64,000 bases of DNA, taken from NCBI GenBank assembly GCA_963692915.1, contig OY843584.1:1152001-1216000 (forward strand), written 5' to 3'. Positions 30,215 through 39,937 of this stretch are shown piece by piece; position 1 is the stretch's first letter, and every line of letters starts with the position of its first letter. A program made the translations under genes and the position numbers. The notes below the pieces were generated by a model. That model was not told where the DNA came from and made no database searches. It was given only the letters and a program-made list of their open reading frames with translations. This DNA comes from Cenarchaeum sp. GTDB taxonomy: Archaea; Thermoproteota; Nitrososphaeria; Nitrososphaerales; Nitrosopumilaceae.

Positions 30215-31942
30215 ATGGGCCACCCCAAAATTGTCCTCACGGCCGACCGTACGCTCATGTCCCCCTACAGGAACATATCGCTTGCCACGTTCTTTGGCTG
30301 CGCACCGGCCCTTGACCCCCACAGGGACAAGGGGAGCTTTTGGTACAAGGTCCTAGGCAACCAGGTCACGCCTCGCATACTCTTTGACTTTATCTGCAAC
30401 CCCATCCCCAACACGAACGGTGTGGCGGACTTTGCGCCATATGGCCTGCGCAAGATCGAGGCCGGCCTCCTCAGGGACGGTTATGCGCGCAAGGACGTTG
30501 TAGTCGCGCACCCGGACCACGTCGAAAAGTTCATCGGGCCGGAGACTGAGGTCGTCGGAACCTACGAGATGGATCCACTCGGCATGGGTCCGGTCACGAT
30601 GACGTTCACGTACGGCAGAAAGCAGATCTCATATGATGAGTTTTACTGCGCGGATCTGCACAAGAGCATAAACGACGCCAAGAAAAAGAACAAGAGCAAC
30701 GCAAAGGTCATCGCCGGCGCGTCAGGCACATGGCAGTACAACTATGATCCCGAAAAGATAAAAGAGTACGGCCTGTACGCCATACTTGAAGGCGAGCTCG
30801 GAGGGATTGCCCCGGAGGTTGACGGCCATGCCGGCAGGTTCTTTGACCACCTAATCGCCGGTGACTTTGAGAACATGGACCCTTTCAAAAAGAATGACCG
30901 CTTCAAGGTCAACATAAAGGAGTTCAGCCGCAACGGCAAAAATATCCATGGCAGGTTTGTCAACTTTTGGGACAGGCCAGATATCGATGACATACCGGAC
31001 ATCGTTGAGCCTAGCATGCACGGCATGGTCGAGGTTATGCGCGGGTGCGGTCGCGGGTGCAAGTTCTGCGACGTCACGCTCCGATCGCTTCGCTACTATC
31101 CGCCAGAGAAGGTAAAGCGCGAGATTGAGGTCAACATCAAAAAGGGCGGCTCGCGCTCGGCGTGGATACACAGTGACGACATATTCGTGTATGGGATGGA
31201 TCCCACAACGACGAAGAACATGGCTCCAAACAGGGAGGCACTCGAGGAGCTCTTTGAGGCCATAATGTCAACTGGCGTCAATCACACAAACCCAACGCAC
31301 GGCACGCTCGCCGGCGCGATAGCCGACGAGAGGCTACTGCCAAACATATCAAAGACCATAAGGTCATCGGCCTCAAACCTGACGGGAATACAGTGCGGCT
31401 TTGAGACTGGCAGCCTGAGGCTCATCGAGAAATACGCCGACCGCAAGCTCGCCCCGTATGCGCCTTCTGAGTGGCACTGGGTCGTAAAGGAGGGCGTAAA
31501 GACGCTCAACGAGAACTATTGGATACCCGCATTCACGCTCATCATGGGCCTTGACAACGACGAGACGCCTGAGGACTCGTGGGAGACCATACGCCTCCTC
31601 AGCGAGCTCGAGCGCGAGCAGCCTGACTCGATGTTCACGGCCACGCCGCTGACATTCGTCCCCATAGGCCTCCTCGAAAAGTCCGAGTTCTTTAACATCG
31701 GCAACGAGCTTGATCCCGCGCAGCTAGGCGTCATGTACAAGACCTGGCAGCACAACTTCAAGTATGGCATACAAAAGTTCATGACAAAGACGGGCGGCGG
31801 GACGATTCTCAAAAAGGTGTTCTTTAACGGGATTGCGCGCACGCTTGGCGGCACACCGCTAAAGGCCATGGAGCGCTATGCGCGCCGAAACAGCCGCGAG
31901 CACGAGCGTGTCATCGAAAAGATAAGGTCGAATTACCTCTAG
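30215..31942 (+). CDS. Radical SAM protein (B12-binding-like N-terminal domain)
   Basis: RGCGRGCKFC CxxxCxxC motif; APYGLRKIEA and DPLGMGP conserved archaeal motifs. Confidence 0.88.
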   Translation: MGHPKIVLTADRTLMSPYRNISLATFFGCAPALDPHRDKGSFWYKVLGNQVTPRILFDFICNPIPNTNGVADFAPYGLRKIEAGLLRDGYARKDVVVAHPDHVEKFIGPETEVVGTYEMDPLGMGPVTMTFTYGRKQISYDEFYCADLHKSINDAKKKNKSNAKVIAGASGTWQYNYDPEKIKEYGLYAILEGELGGIAPEVDGHAGRFFDHLIAGDFENMDPFKKNDRFKVNIKEFSRNGKNIHGRFVNFWDRPDIDDIPDIVEPSMHGMVEVMRGCGRGCKFCDVTLRSLRYYPPEKVKREIEVNIKKGGSRSAWIHSDDIFVYGMDPTTTKNMAPNREALEELFEAIMSTGVNHTNPTHGTLAGAIADERLLPNISKTIRSSASNLTGIQCGFETGSLRLIEKYADRKLAPYAPSEWHWVVKEGVKTLNENYWIPAFTLIMGLDNDETPEDSWETIRLLSELEREQPDSMFTATPLTFVPIGLLEKSEFFNIGNELDPAQLGVMYKTWQHNFKYGIQKFMTKTGGGTILKKVFFNGIARTLGGTPLKAMERYARRNSREHERVIEKIRSNYL

Positions 31943-31954
31943 CTGGTGCCTGGG

Positions 31955-33922
31955 CTAGTCCGAACCGGCGCGCTTGTCGAGTATGTTGCCGAGGCGCGTT
32001 ACGTCACTGGGCATATAGAGGTCAACGAGCCAGTCGATGGCCACGCGCAGGCGCTTCTCGGCGCTAGGAAGGCGCGAGAGGTAATAGTTGCGCCAGAGGA
32101 GCCAGGCGAGAACACCCTTTAGCCTGATCCCAAAGAGGAGCGCGACGCCGTCGCGTTTTCCGATCATAGCCATTGAACCGGCTGACTCGTAGTCAAAGCG
32201 CCGCGGCGTGCGTCCTCCCTTTAGCGCCGCAGTTATGTTGCGCGCTGCAACAGACGCCTGGCGTATGGCGTTCTGCGCAGTCGGCGGGTACGGCCTGTCG
32301 GTCCGTGAGTTAAGGAGGTGCGCACAGTCGCCTAGCGCATGGACCTCGGGGTGACCGGCGAGCTGCAGCCACTCGTTGACCATGACGCGCCCGCCTGATC
32401 CGTGCTCGGCATCAAGGGACGCTATGACTGGCGATGCCTTCACGCCGCCGGCCCAGACTGTCGTCATGCACGGTATGACCGTCCCGTCGCTAAGCGTCGC
32501 CGAGTCAGGCCCTGCCGAGGCGAGCTTTACGCCCTTTAGTATCTCGATTCCGCGCCGCGCCATGGCTCGCTCGGCATATTCGCCGAGGTCGCCGATCTCC
32601 GGCAGTATGCGGCCCGAGGAGACGAGGATGACCCTAATGGCATCTGGCTCGATGTTGCGATAATAGCGCTCGGCTGACTCGGTCACAAAGTCCTGGATCG
32701 CGCCAGCCGTCTCTACACCAGAAAATCCGCCGCCGACTATGATGAACGTCGCCATGCGTGACTGCGCGGCCACGTCATCCTCCTGGTCTGCGCTCTCTAG
32801 CATCATGATTAGGCGGTTGCGCAACGAGAGCGCATCCTCTAGCGTCTTTATTGTGAGCGCGTTCTCCTCAACGCTCTTGTTTCCGTAATAGTTGGTCTCG
32901 CCTCCGAGTGCGAGGACGAGGTGGTCATAGCTCATCTCGACGGCCTTGCCGTCCATCCTGCGCCTGATCGTTGCGGTTCGCGCGTCAAGGTCGATCGACT
33001 CGACGCTTGCGTGATAGTAGCGTGCGCGCCGGCAGAATGTCCTTATCGGCGTCGATATGTGGCGCGGCTCGACATGGCCCGTGGCCATCTCGGCGAGTAA
33101 CGGCGTGCTAAGGAAAAAGTTGTCCTCGCTTACGATCGTGATGCCCGTGTCAACAGAGTCCTCAAACTCGCGCTGGAGCCGGCGCAGCACGCCAACGCCG
33201 GCATATCCACCGCCGAGTATGAGTATGCGGCGCAGGAGCGGCGAGCCGCTCCCGTGCATGCGTGCCACATGCTGCGCGTACGTCGCCCTCTTGGAGAACT
33301 CGATGTCACATCGGTGGCAGCGATAGTTGGCGCCAAATCGGCGCGTCAGTGCCGAGGAGATGAACCCGACGGCGAGTCCCCATATCACGTGCGATATCGC
33401 CGAGTCCGTCAGGACTACGGCAGCGTCAAGCTGCGTGGCTGCCATTGAGGGCATGTCAGCGGCAAGGCTCGCGGCGGCTGGCGCAATAACTGCCATCGAG
33501 ACTGGAATTGCAAAGGCGACGAGGACCACGAGACCCACGATGATCCCGTACGCGACGCCGTTGCGAATGCGCGAGAGGCTTATTCCAAACACCCTATAGA
33601 GGACGACTCCGGCGACTATGCCGATCGAGGTCGCCACGAGAATGTGGAACGCGAGTCCGACTATCGGCTCGCCGGAGCCAACTATGCGCGCGATGACGAG
33701 GAGGAGGCGCACATAGTCGTTGCCGCCTATACTCGTGGCGTATATCTGCGAGGCGTGCATGAGAATCGCGCCTACTAGTGAGCCGGCCACGACAAAGGCG
33801 ACCTCGCGGCGAAGCGAATAGTTGACGCGCGGCTCATCTAGCGTGCTGTGCACCGCCGGAGTGCCGGCCGTCTCTCCTGTCACACTGGTCGGTGCGGCGA
33901 GGGGCAATATGTGGGTGCGCAT
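31955..33922 (-). CDS. Type II NADH dehydrogenase-like flavoprotein fused to an N-terminal 4-TM domain and C2H2 finger
   Basis: LGGGYAG and VGGGFSGVE dinucleotide folds, WAGG, ALGDCA, PPTAQNA; CHRC-x12-H-x4-H; start approximate. Confidence 0.85.
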   Translation of the reverse strand: MRTHILPLAAPTSVTGETAGTPAVHSTLDEPRVNYSLRREVAFVVAGSLVGAILMHASQIYATSIGGNDYVRLLLVIARIVGSGEPIVGLAFHILVATSIGIVAGVVLYRVFGISLSRIRNGVAYGIIVGLVVLVAFAIPVSMAVIAPAAASLAADMPSMAATQLDAAVVLTDSAISHVIWGLAVGFISSALTRRFGANYRCHRCDIEFSKRATYAQHVARMHGSGSPLLRRILILGGGYAGVGVLRRLQREFEDSVDTGITIVSEDNFFLSTPLLAEMATGHVEPRHISTPIRTFCRRARYYHASVESIDLDARTATIRRRMDGKAVEMSYDHLVLALGGETNYYGNKSVEENALTIKTLEDALSLRNRLIMMLESADQEDDVAAQSRMATFIIVGGGFSGVETAGAIQDFVTESAERYYRNIEPDAIRVILVSSGRILPEIGDLGEYAERAMARRGIEILKGVKLASAGPDSATLSDGTVIPCMTTVWAGGVKASPVIASLDAEHGSGGRVMVNEWLQLAGHPEVHALGDCAHLLNSRTDRPYPPTAQNAIRQASVAARNITAALKGGRTPRRFDYESAGSMAMIGKRDGVALLFGIRLKGVLAWLLWRNYYLSRLPSAEKRLRVAIDWLVDLYMPSDVTRLGNILDKRAGSD

Positions 33923-33974
33923 TGAGCCGGCTCTCAATAGTGTTAAATCTAGACCTCGCAGGAGGGGTGCAGAC

Positions 33975-35171
33975 ATGGGAGAGTTTGACGAGTTTGCCGA
34001 GGCCCTCCTGGACCAGCTCTCCGTGGAGGTCTCCGAGGAGCGCGAGATGGAGAGGCTCGCCGGCGACATAGCCGGCGATGCGGACTTTGATGTCTCATTT
34101 GAGCCCCTCGATGCCCTCGCCGAGTCCACGCTAGGCGAGATGGTGGGCCTCGCCGAGGGAGTCACGGGCCTCAAGGTCGCCGACGCGCTTCGCGTGGAGA
34201 TAACGGGGCTAGATGACTTTAAGGCCCTCAAGGCAAAAAAGGTCTACGCGCAGGGTGACGCGCGCGAGCACGTCAGGCGCCTCTTTGCGGCAGTCGCAGC
34301 GCAGGACACGGGTGCCATAGCGAGCCTGGCAAAGGACGACACGGCGCGCTTTCTAGTCTACTCGACATACGCAAAGGCGTATCTCTCAAAGATATCTACG
34401 ACGTACGGCGACTATATGGACTCGACGATACACCTCAACTCGTTCATACTCGCGCGCTATCCGCAGATAATACTGTACAGGCAGGGCAAGCCGTACGCCG
34501 CGCGCCATGGCGCAGTCAGGTCAGGATACATCGGTGCCGTAAAGATGACAATCCTCGAGGAGGCGATCCACTCGATGCAGGAGCCGCTCCATAAAGCCAA
34601 CGAGGCTGCAGTCTCCAATGTCAATGCGCTAAACGAGGAGCTCGCCGCGTCGATCATTGCACTCGATGACCCTACTGCGGCAAGCCTGTCAGAGTACCTA
34701 AAGCTGCCGCCCGTGCCCGAGGACTTTGCGGCCGCAAGGCGCGCAAACCTGTTTTTCACGCTAAATCCGGACAACTTTGTCGCGCGCGTCCTCGGGCCTG
34801 ACGTCATGACATACAGCAGGGTCGAGGTGGATCCAAAGATAGGCGAGATGGTTCCCGGTCTGGCCGACATATACGCAAGGTGGCTCGGCCCCATACAGGC
34901 CCACCATGCGGCGTTCACCGTAATGGAGGGCATGGCCGAGTTTGCAGTCAGGGAGGCCCTATCGGGGGATGCGGACTTTGGCATGTACCTGCAGACGTTC
35001 ATGGGGACCGACATGACGTCATATGGCGTGCGAAAGAGCATCGGGCGCGACTTTGTCGCCGCGGCACACAAGGGCATCGGGCAGGGCGCCTTTGGCGAGA
35101 TGCTGCGCCGCACGCCGACGACAAGGGACCTAAAGGATCCCTCGGCGTGGCTAGAGGCCGCACGCGCATAG
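33975..35171 (+). CDS. Conserved hypothetical protein, zincin-like metallohydrolase motifs
   Basis: LEEAIHSMQ (HExxH variant), downstream MEGMAEF; GGAGG upstream. Confidence 0.65.
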   Translation: MGEFDEFAEALLDQLSVEVSEEREMERLAGDIAGDADFDVSFEPLDALAESTLGEMVGLAEGVTGLKVADALRVEITGLDDFKALKAKKVYAQGDAREHVRRLFAAVAAQDTGAIASLAKDDTARFLVYSTYAKAYLSKISTTYGDYMDSTIHLNSFILARYPQIILYRQGKPYAARHGAVRSGYIGAVKMTILEEAIHSMQEPLHKANEAAVSNVNALNEELAASIIALDDPTAASLSEYLKLPPVPEDFAAARRANLFFTLNPDNFVARVLGPDVMTYSRVEVDPKIGEMVPGLADIYARWLGPIQAHHAAFTVMEGMAEFAVREALSGDADFGMYLQTFMGTDMTSYGVRKSIGRDFVAAAHKGIGQGAFGEMLRRTPTTRDLKDPSAWLEAARA

Positions 35172-35175
35172 CGCC

Positions 35176-35988
35176 ATGCCCGCGTTTGACCCGTTTCTAG
35201 CCGAGTGGTCGTCGTTTGCGACTGATGCGCGCTATAGCCTCATCGAGCGTGGCCTAAAGATGGCTCAGCTTCTCGAGTATCCGGAACTTGACATATCTGC
35301 ATATGTCGCCAAGCTTGCAGCAATGCGCGAGTCATTCAGGCTAGACATGGGCTACGCGACTGACACGCCGTCGGTGATCGGCGCGCTCAACTCGCACGTC
35401 TTTGGGACGTGCGCGTTTAGGGGTGATTTTGAGGATCACTATGACCCGCGCAACAACTTTCTCAACGAGGTCATCGACCGGCGGGTCGGAATCGCCATAA
35501 CTGTTTCGATGGTCTACGCCGAGATAGCGCGTGGAGCGCGCCTCGAGATGAGACTCATCAGCTTTCCCGGTCGTGTCCTCGTCGGCCACGGCACTACGGT
35601 AATCGACGCTGTCGCCGGCGGGCGCATACTCGGCCAAGACGACCTGCGCGCGCTCCTAAAGGCCACCGTCGGCCCGAACGCCGAGCCCGCCGAGGACATC
35701 CTCGTGGGCGCAACTCCAGAGAGAATGCTCGTGCGCCTTACGCGAAACCTAAAGCACTCGTACATGCACTCATACGCGCACGACAAGGCCCTGCGCTGTG
35801 CACGCATGGCCCTAGTCCTGGCGCCAGACTCAGCTGAGGACATGAGGGATGCCGGCCTCCTCGAGGCGCGTCTCCAGGATCGCCAGGGTGCCATAGAGCA
35901 CCTTGGACGTTACCTCGAGATGAACCCCAATGGGGACGACGTCGACCACGTCCTGGAGATTATACGCCAGATGCGCTCTAGTCGATGA
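35176..35988 (+). CDS. SirB1-like transglutaminase-fold + TPR protein
   Basis: FRGDFEDHYDPRNNFLNEVIDRRVG, FPG, RLTRNLK and a C-terminal TPR. Confidence 0.85.
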   Translation: MPAFDPFLAEWSSFATDARYSLIERGLKMAQLLEYPELDISAYVAKLAAMRESFRLDMGYATDTPSVIGALNSHVFGTCAFRGDFEDHYDPRNNFLNEVIDRRVGIAITVSMVYAEIARGARLEMRLISFPGRVLVGHGTTVIDAVAGGRILGQDDLRALLKATVGPNAEPAEDILVGATPERMLVRLTRNLKHSYMHSYAHDKALRCARMALVLAPDSAEDMRDAGLLEARLQDRQGAIEHLGRYLEMNPNGDDVDHVLEIIRQMRSSR

Positions 35989-36148
35989 TGGACTCGACAT
36001 CGCTGCCACTCTTTATCATCGAGATCTCGTGGCGCGCGATCTTGTTGCGCATTGCGTGCTTTAGCCTGTCGACCTCTGCGCGCAGCGTGGCGACCTCATC
36101 CTCGAGGCGCGCGACGCGGTTGTAGATGGTCTCAGATGACTCGCTCAT
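35978..36148 (-). CDS. 56-aa coiled-coil protein (not in ORF track)
   Basis: MSESSETIYNRVARLEDEVATLRAEVDRLKHAMRNKIARHEISMIK...; TTTAAG box about 25 nt upstream. Confidence 0.7.
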   Translation of the reverse strand: MSESSETIYNRVARLEDEVATLRAEVDRLKHAMRNKIARHEISMIKSGSDVESIID

Positions 36149-36206
36149 TTCAGCATCCCCTCACCAAATTTACTTAAAAAGGTATGTCCGGCCCCACACG
36201 TGAAGC

Positions 36207-36368
36207 CTAGAGCTCAAACTCCTTGTTGCACGAGGGGCACTTTGCGCGCTCCTCGCCGGGAGGGCCAATTATCTGGATTCGCCCTATCGTCTTGCACTCG
36301 CGGCACATGCCCGTCGTCACGTTGCGTGGGCGCGTGCGGACTATCTTTTGGCTCTTTCTGCGCCCCAT
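36207..36368 (-). CDS. 53-aa basic Zn-ribbon protein, Elf1-like architecture (not in ORF track)
   Basis: MGRRKSQK...CREC...CPSC; TTAATA box upstream. Confidence 0.7.
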   Translation of the reverse strand: MGRRKSQKIVRTRPRNVTTGMCRECKTIGRIQIIGPPGEERAKCPSCNKEFEL

Positions 36369-36425
36369 CTCGCGTGGTGGGGAGTCGCGCGCACTATTAA
36401 GTCTAATTGCCGTAGCGCACTTTGG

Positions 36426-36512
36426 TGGCGCGGAGAGAGGGATTCGAACCCTCGTGCTCTTGCGAGCATGGGATTAGCAATCCCACGCCCTACCAGGCTA
36501 GGCGATCTCCGC
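36426..36512 (-). tRNA. tRNA-Ser(GCT)
   Basis: Cloverleaf GCGGAGA/TCTCCGC, anticodon loop TT-GCT-AA, long variable arm, TTCGAAT, encoded CCA. Confidence 0.96.
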
Positions 36513-36737
36513 ACGTGCGACGCGCGCACAGTCACGCGTATTAAACTGATGCGCACCGGGAGCAGCGCAGGGGCTATTGCCGTCTGGTGTTCACCATCCC
36601 TGCCCATGTAACACACGCCGTGCCGTCGGGGGCAGCACCCTCCACGGTTCCCACGGCGCAGATAGGTCGGCTTGCAAGACGTCCATGCGGCACGCACGGC
36701 GCAGGGTTTAATATCAAATTCGCGCGAGCGCGGGGCA

Positions 36738-37772
36738 ATGGCTCGCAAGGCAGCAGTGATGCGGGGGGATGGCATAGGCCCTGAGGTCGTCGATGCCATG
36801 CTATCTGTCCTGCGCGAATGCAACACGGGGATCGAGCTTGTCATGTGCGAGGCCGGCTCGGAGCAGTGGGAGAAAAATTCGCGACGCGACGCGACGTACA
36901 TACCGGATGCGACGATGGAAGAGCTAAAGCGCACAGATGCGTGCTTTAAGGGTCCGACGACGACTCTGCCCGTGCCGGGCGCACCGCGAAGCGTCGCAGT
37001 AACACTACGCCAAGAGTTTGAGCTGTACGCCAACATTAGGCCATGCTCGACATACGAGAGGATCACGCCGGGTCGCCACCTCGAGTGCGTCTGCTTTCGC
37101 GAGGCCACAGAAGGCCTCTATTCTGGCGTCGAGGCCCAGGTCGGGCCGGACGCGGCAATTGCGATAAGAAAGGTGACAAGGGCGGGATGTGCACGTCTTG
37201 CCGATGCGGCGTTTGCGTGGGCAAGGGATCGTGGCATGAAAAAGGCAGTCGCCATCACAAAGAGGAACATACTAAAGCGCACTGACGGCATCTTTTGGGA
37301 AGAGGTTCAGAGAGCCGCCTCAGAGTCTGCCGGCGTCAACGTCTCTGAAGTGTATATCGACAACATGGCCCAGCAGCTCGTCGTGGCGCCCGAACAGTTT
37401 AACGGGGCGGTTCTGCTTAGCACAAACCTCTTCATGGACATCATATCAGAGCTCGTCTCTGGCCTCGTCGGCTCGATAGGGCTCATACACTCGGCGAACA
37501 TGGGTGACTCGTACGCAATGTTTGAGGCGGCCCACGGCTCGGCGCCAGACATCGCCGGCCAGGGAAGGGCAAATCCGGCCGCGACGATACTGTCAGGCGC
37601 ATGGATGGCCGAGCACCTCGGCGAGGCCGAGATCGGACGCGCCATAAGGGAGTCGACTGCCAAGGTCATCAACGAAGGCAAGGCCGTGACTGCAGACATT
37701 GGCGGCTCAGCTGGTACCTCGCAGATGGCTGCAGCCATTGCGGCCGGTGCGGTCTCATCGCTGCGCCGCTAA
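36738..37772 (+). CDS. Isocitrate/isopropylmalate dehydrogenase family
   Basis: GDGIGPEV, LYANIRP, REATEGLY, NLFMDIISE and FEAAHGSAPDIAG motifs. Confidence 0.92.
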   Translation: MARKAAVMRGDGIGPEVVDAMLSVLRECNTGIELVMCEAGSEQWEKNSRRDATYIPDATMEELKRTDACFKGPTTTLPVPGAPRSVAVTLRQEFELYANIRPCSTYERITPGRHLECVCFREATEGLYSGVEAQVGPDAAIAIRKVTRAGCARLADAAFAWARDRGMKKAVAITKRNILKRTDGIFWEEVQRAASESAGVNVSEVYIDNMAQQLVVAPEQFNGAVLLSTNLFMDIISELVSGLVGSIGLIHSANMGDSYAMFEAAHGSAPDIAGQGRANPAATILSGAWMAEHLGEAEIGRAIRESTAKVINEGKAVTADIGGSAGTSQMAAAIAAGAVSSLRR

Positions 37773-37801
37773 AACGGCGATTGCTGTCGGCTAGACCACC
37801 C

Positions 37802-38326
37802 TTATGCCCGCGAGGCCTCGATTAGGAGGAGGGTCTCAAAGAACATCTTTTTTGTCATGACCGTGCGCGTCAAGAGGCCTGCCTCGTGCGCCAGGCCGAC
37901 GAGCTCCTCGGGGTGCGAGAGCGATGACGTGACAAAGAGAAAGCGCCCGCCGCGCGCAATTCTCGGGATCGCCGAGCGCATTATGCGCAGCGGAACCTCG
38001 ACGCCGTCGCGCCCACCATCAGTCGCGTGAACCTCGACGGAGTCCGACTCGACATACGGCATGTTACATATGACAAGCTCAAAGTCCCCTTGCAGCGCGT
38101 CAGCACCGTCGCAGCAGACGCGGTTTTTCGCGCGAAATGTCTGCGTGCGCAACGCGCCGAGGTTGATGTCAGTCGAGATGACGAGCTCAAATGAGCGCTC
38201 TAGGACGCGCGTCAGGTATCCGGATCCCGATCCTATCTCAAGGGCGCGGCGGCCGGACGCGGCGGCGAGGCCGTCCTCGAGGAGGAACGTGTCCTCAGCG
38301 CGCGCGTACTCGCGCTCAGCGCCCAA
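37802..38326 (-). CDS. HemK2/Mtq2-like release-factor methyltransferase
   Basis: AEDTFLL, LEIGSGSG, NMPY (NPPY variant) and GGRDG; in the ksgA operon. Confidence 0.82.
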   Translation of the reverse strand: MGAEREYARAEDTFLLEDGLAAASGRRALEIGSGSGYLTRVLERSFELVISTDINLGALRTQTFRAKNRVCCDGADALQGDFELVICNMPYVESDSVEVHATDGGRDGVEVPLRIMRSAIPRIARGGRFLFVTSSLSHPEELVGLAHEAGLLTRTVMTKKMFFETLLLIEASRA

Positions 38327-39035
38327 GTGACTGCGCGATGCGGACAATCTCTCCACCGTCGAGCTCCTCGATCCTCCCGTCGCCGTCTCCCGTGCGCGGT
38401 GCTGCACCGAGTATTTGCAGCGCGCGGCGGAGCGTCTTGCGCCTGTACGAAAAGAGCGAGTTTATCGCATGGATGGTCTGCGTGTCGAGCGTCGCGCGGC
38501 GGCGCAGCGAGAGTATGACCGAGTCAACGCGCGGAGGCGGCTCAAAGCTGTCACGGCCAACGCCGGCGACGCGCGATATGCCAAATGCCGCATTGGCTAT
38601 AACGCTTATCGCGCGCCGGTCGCATGCGCGCTCTGGGCAGAGCTTGTCGGCAAACTCGCGCTGCACGATGACGGCTCCGCGCGCAAAGCGGCGCTGTGCC
38701 ATCCACTCAAAGGCACGACGGCTCTGTGAGTACGGGAGGCTAGAGACAAAGACGTCAAACTCGCCATCGCCAGAGAACGCGTCTGCGCAGCGCAGCTCGA
38801 GGTTCTGCGTGTGCCCAAGGCGGTCACAGACGCCGGCGTGGAGGCGCGAGTCAGACTCGACTGATATGACGCGTGAGGCGGCCTCACAGAGGAGCGGGAC
38901 GAGTGCGCCTGTGCCCGTGCCGGCCTCATATACCGTGTCAGAGCCGCCCACGCCGGCAGCCGAGACGACTAGCGCTGCGGCCTCGGAGGAAGCCAAAAAG
39001 TGCTGGCCCGCCTCAGCGCGCCTGCTGCGCGTCAT
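38316..39035 (-). CDS. ksgA: 16S rRNA dimethyladenosine transferase KsgA/Dim1
   Basis: GQHFL, EAGTGTGAL, SSLPY, FEPPPRVDS and FSYRRKTL motifs. Confidence 0.92.
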   Translation of the reverse strand: MTRSRRAEAGQHFLASSEAAALVVSAAGVGGSDTVYEAGTGTGALVPLLCEAASRVISVESDSRLHAGVCDRLGHTQNLELRCADAFSGDGEFDVFVSSLPYSQSRRAFEWMAQRRFARGAVIVQREFADKLCPERACDRRAISVIANAAFGISRVAGVGRDSFEPPPRVDSVILSLRRRATLDTQTIHAINSLFSYRRKTLRRALQILGAAPRTGDGDGRIEELDGGEIVRIAQSLGR

Positions 39036-39598
39036 CGCTTGACAAAGATGCTCATGCGCGCGACGCCTGTTATCTCGTCCATGACACGCTGCACGACGCG
39101 CGTGATGGGATCCTTGAGTCCCGCGCGCTCCTCGACGTCCTCATAGCTCTCAAACGGGCGTCTTGTGCGCTCGTCGATGATCGTCTTTAGGAGCTTTTTG
39201 CCCACACCGGGTATTATCTCGAGGGCGTGCGTGCGTGGCGTGAGTGGCTCTGCCCTGTTGATGTACATGACAAAGCGCTCTTCGCTGTCCTCGACTATCT
39301 CGCGCACGATGCGTGGGATCGACTCTTTTGCGCCGCTAGGTATCCGCTCGTACTCTAGCTTGCCGAGGACGGACTCGATCTTTGATCGACTCTCCTTGCT
39401 AACGTCAATCCTCTCGCCGACCTCAAAGGACGTGCCCTCGTTGCCGAGAACCTCAAGGAGCGTAAACTTGCTCTCGCCGATCGTCGTCAGTATGATCCCC
39501 TTTTTGCCGCGAACCGTCATCGAGCGCTGGCGCGTGCGAAAGTCAAGCACGCGCACCATCTCCTCATACTTTTTTGGGACAGGGGCGGACAATACCAC
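39032..39598 (-). CDS. DUF655 putative RNA-binding protein
   Basis: IGESKFTLLE, HALEIIPGVGKK (HhH), PFESYED; rpl21e-rpo4-DUF655-ksgA order. Confidence 0.9.
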   Translation of the reverse strand: MVLSAPVPKKYEEMVRVLDFRTRQRSMTVRGKKGIILTTIGESKFTLLEVLGNEGTSFEVGERIDVSKESRSKIESVLGKLEYERIPSGAKESIPRIVREIVEDSEERFVMYINRAEPLTPRTHALEIIPGVGKKLLKTIIDERTRRPFESYEDVEERAGLKDPITRVVQRVMDEITGVARMSIFVKR

Positions 39599-39609
39599 AT
39601 TACCCTAGG

Positions 39610-39936
39610 TCAGGACTTCTCCTTGATTATGGAGATTATCTTTTCAAGTGTCTCGGTAAGGATTAGCTTTTTCCAGCCGAACGTGAACGAACGCAGCTCA
39701 GCCATCGAGGACGGGAGAATGTTGACGATCTCCACTGCCTCCTCCTCGGTCAGTCCACACTCCTTGACCATACGCTGCCGCATCTTTTTGGCCTCCACTC
39801 CATCGATCGAGACGAACTTTGTCGCATAGTCGCGCGTCCAGTTCTGTATCTGATCCATCGAGTCAGGATCTGCCTTGCCAAGCAGATCCTTGACTTCTGC
39901 TAGTGTGATCGGCTGCTTTTTTCGTATCTCCTCCAA
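39610..39936 (-). CDS. rpo4: RNA polymerase subunit Rpo4 (F)
   Basis: ITLAEVKDLL and EEEAVEIVNILP motifs; operon position. Confidence 0.9.
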   Translation of the reverse strand: MEEIRKKQPITLAEVKDLLGKADPDSMDQIQNWTRDYATKFVSIDGVEAKKMRQRMVKECGLTEEEAVEIVNILPSSMAELRSFTFGWKKLILTETLEKIISIIKEKS

Positions 39937-39937
39937 C

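Noticed and set aside
33923-34231. N-terminal extension of the NDH-2-like ORF
   Set aside because: Overlaps the divergent gene starting at 33975; a TATA element near 33943 indicates a later start
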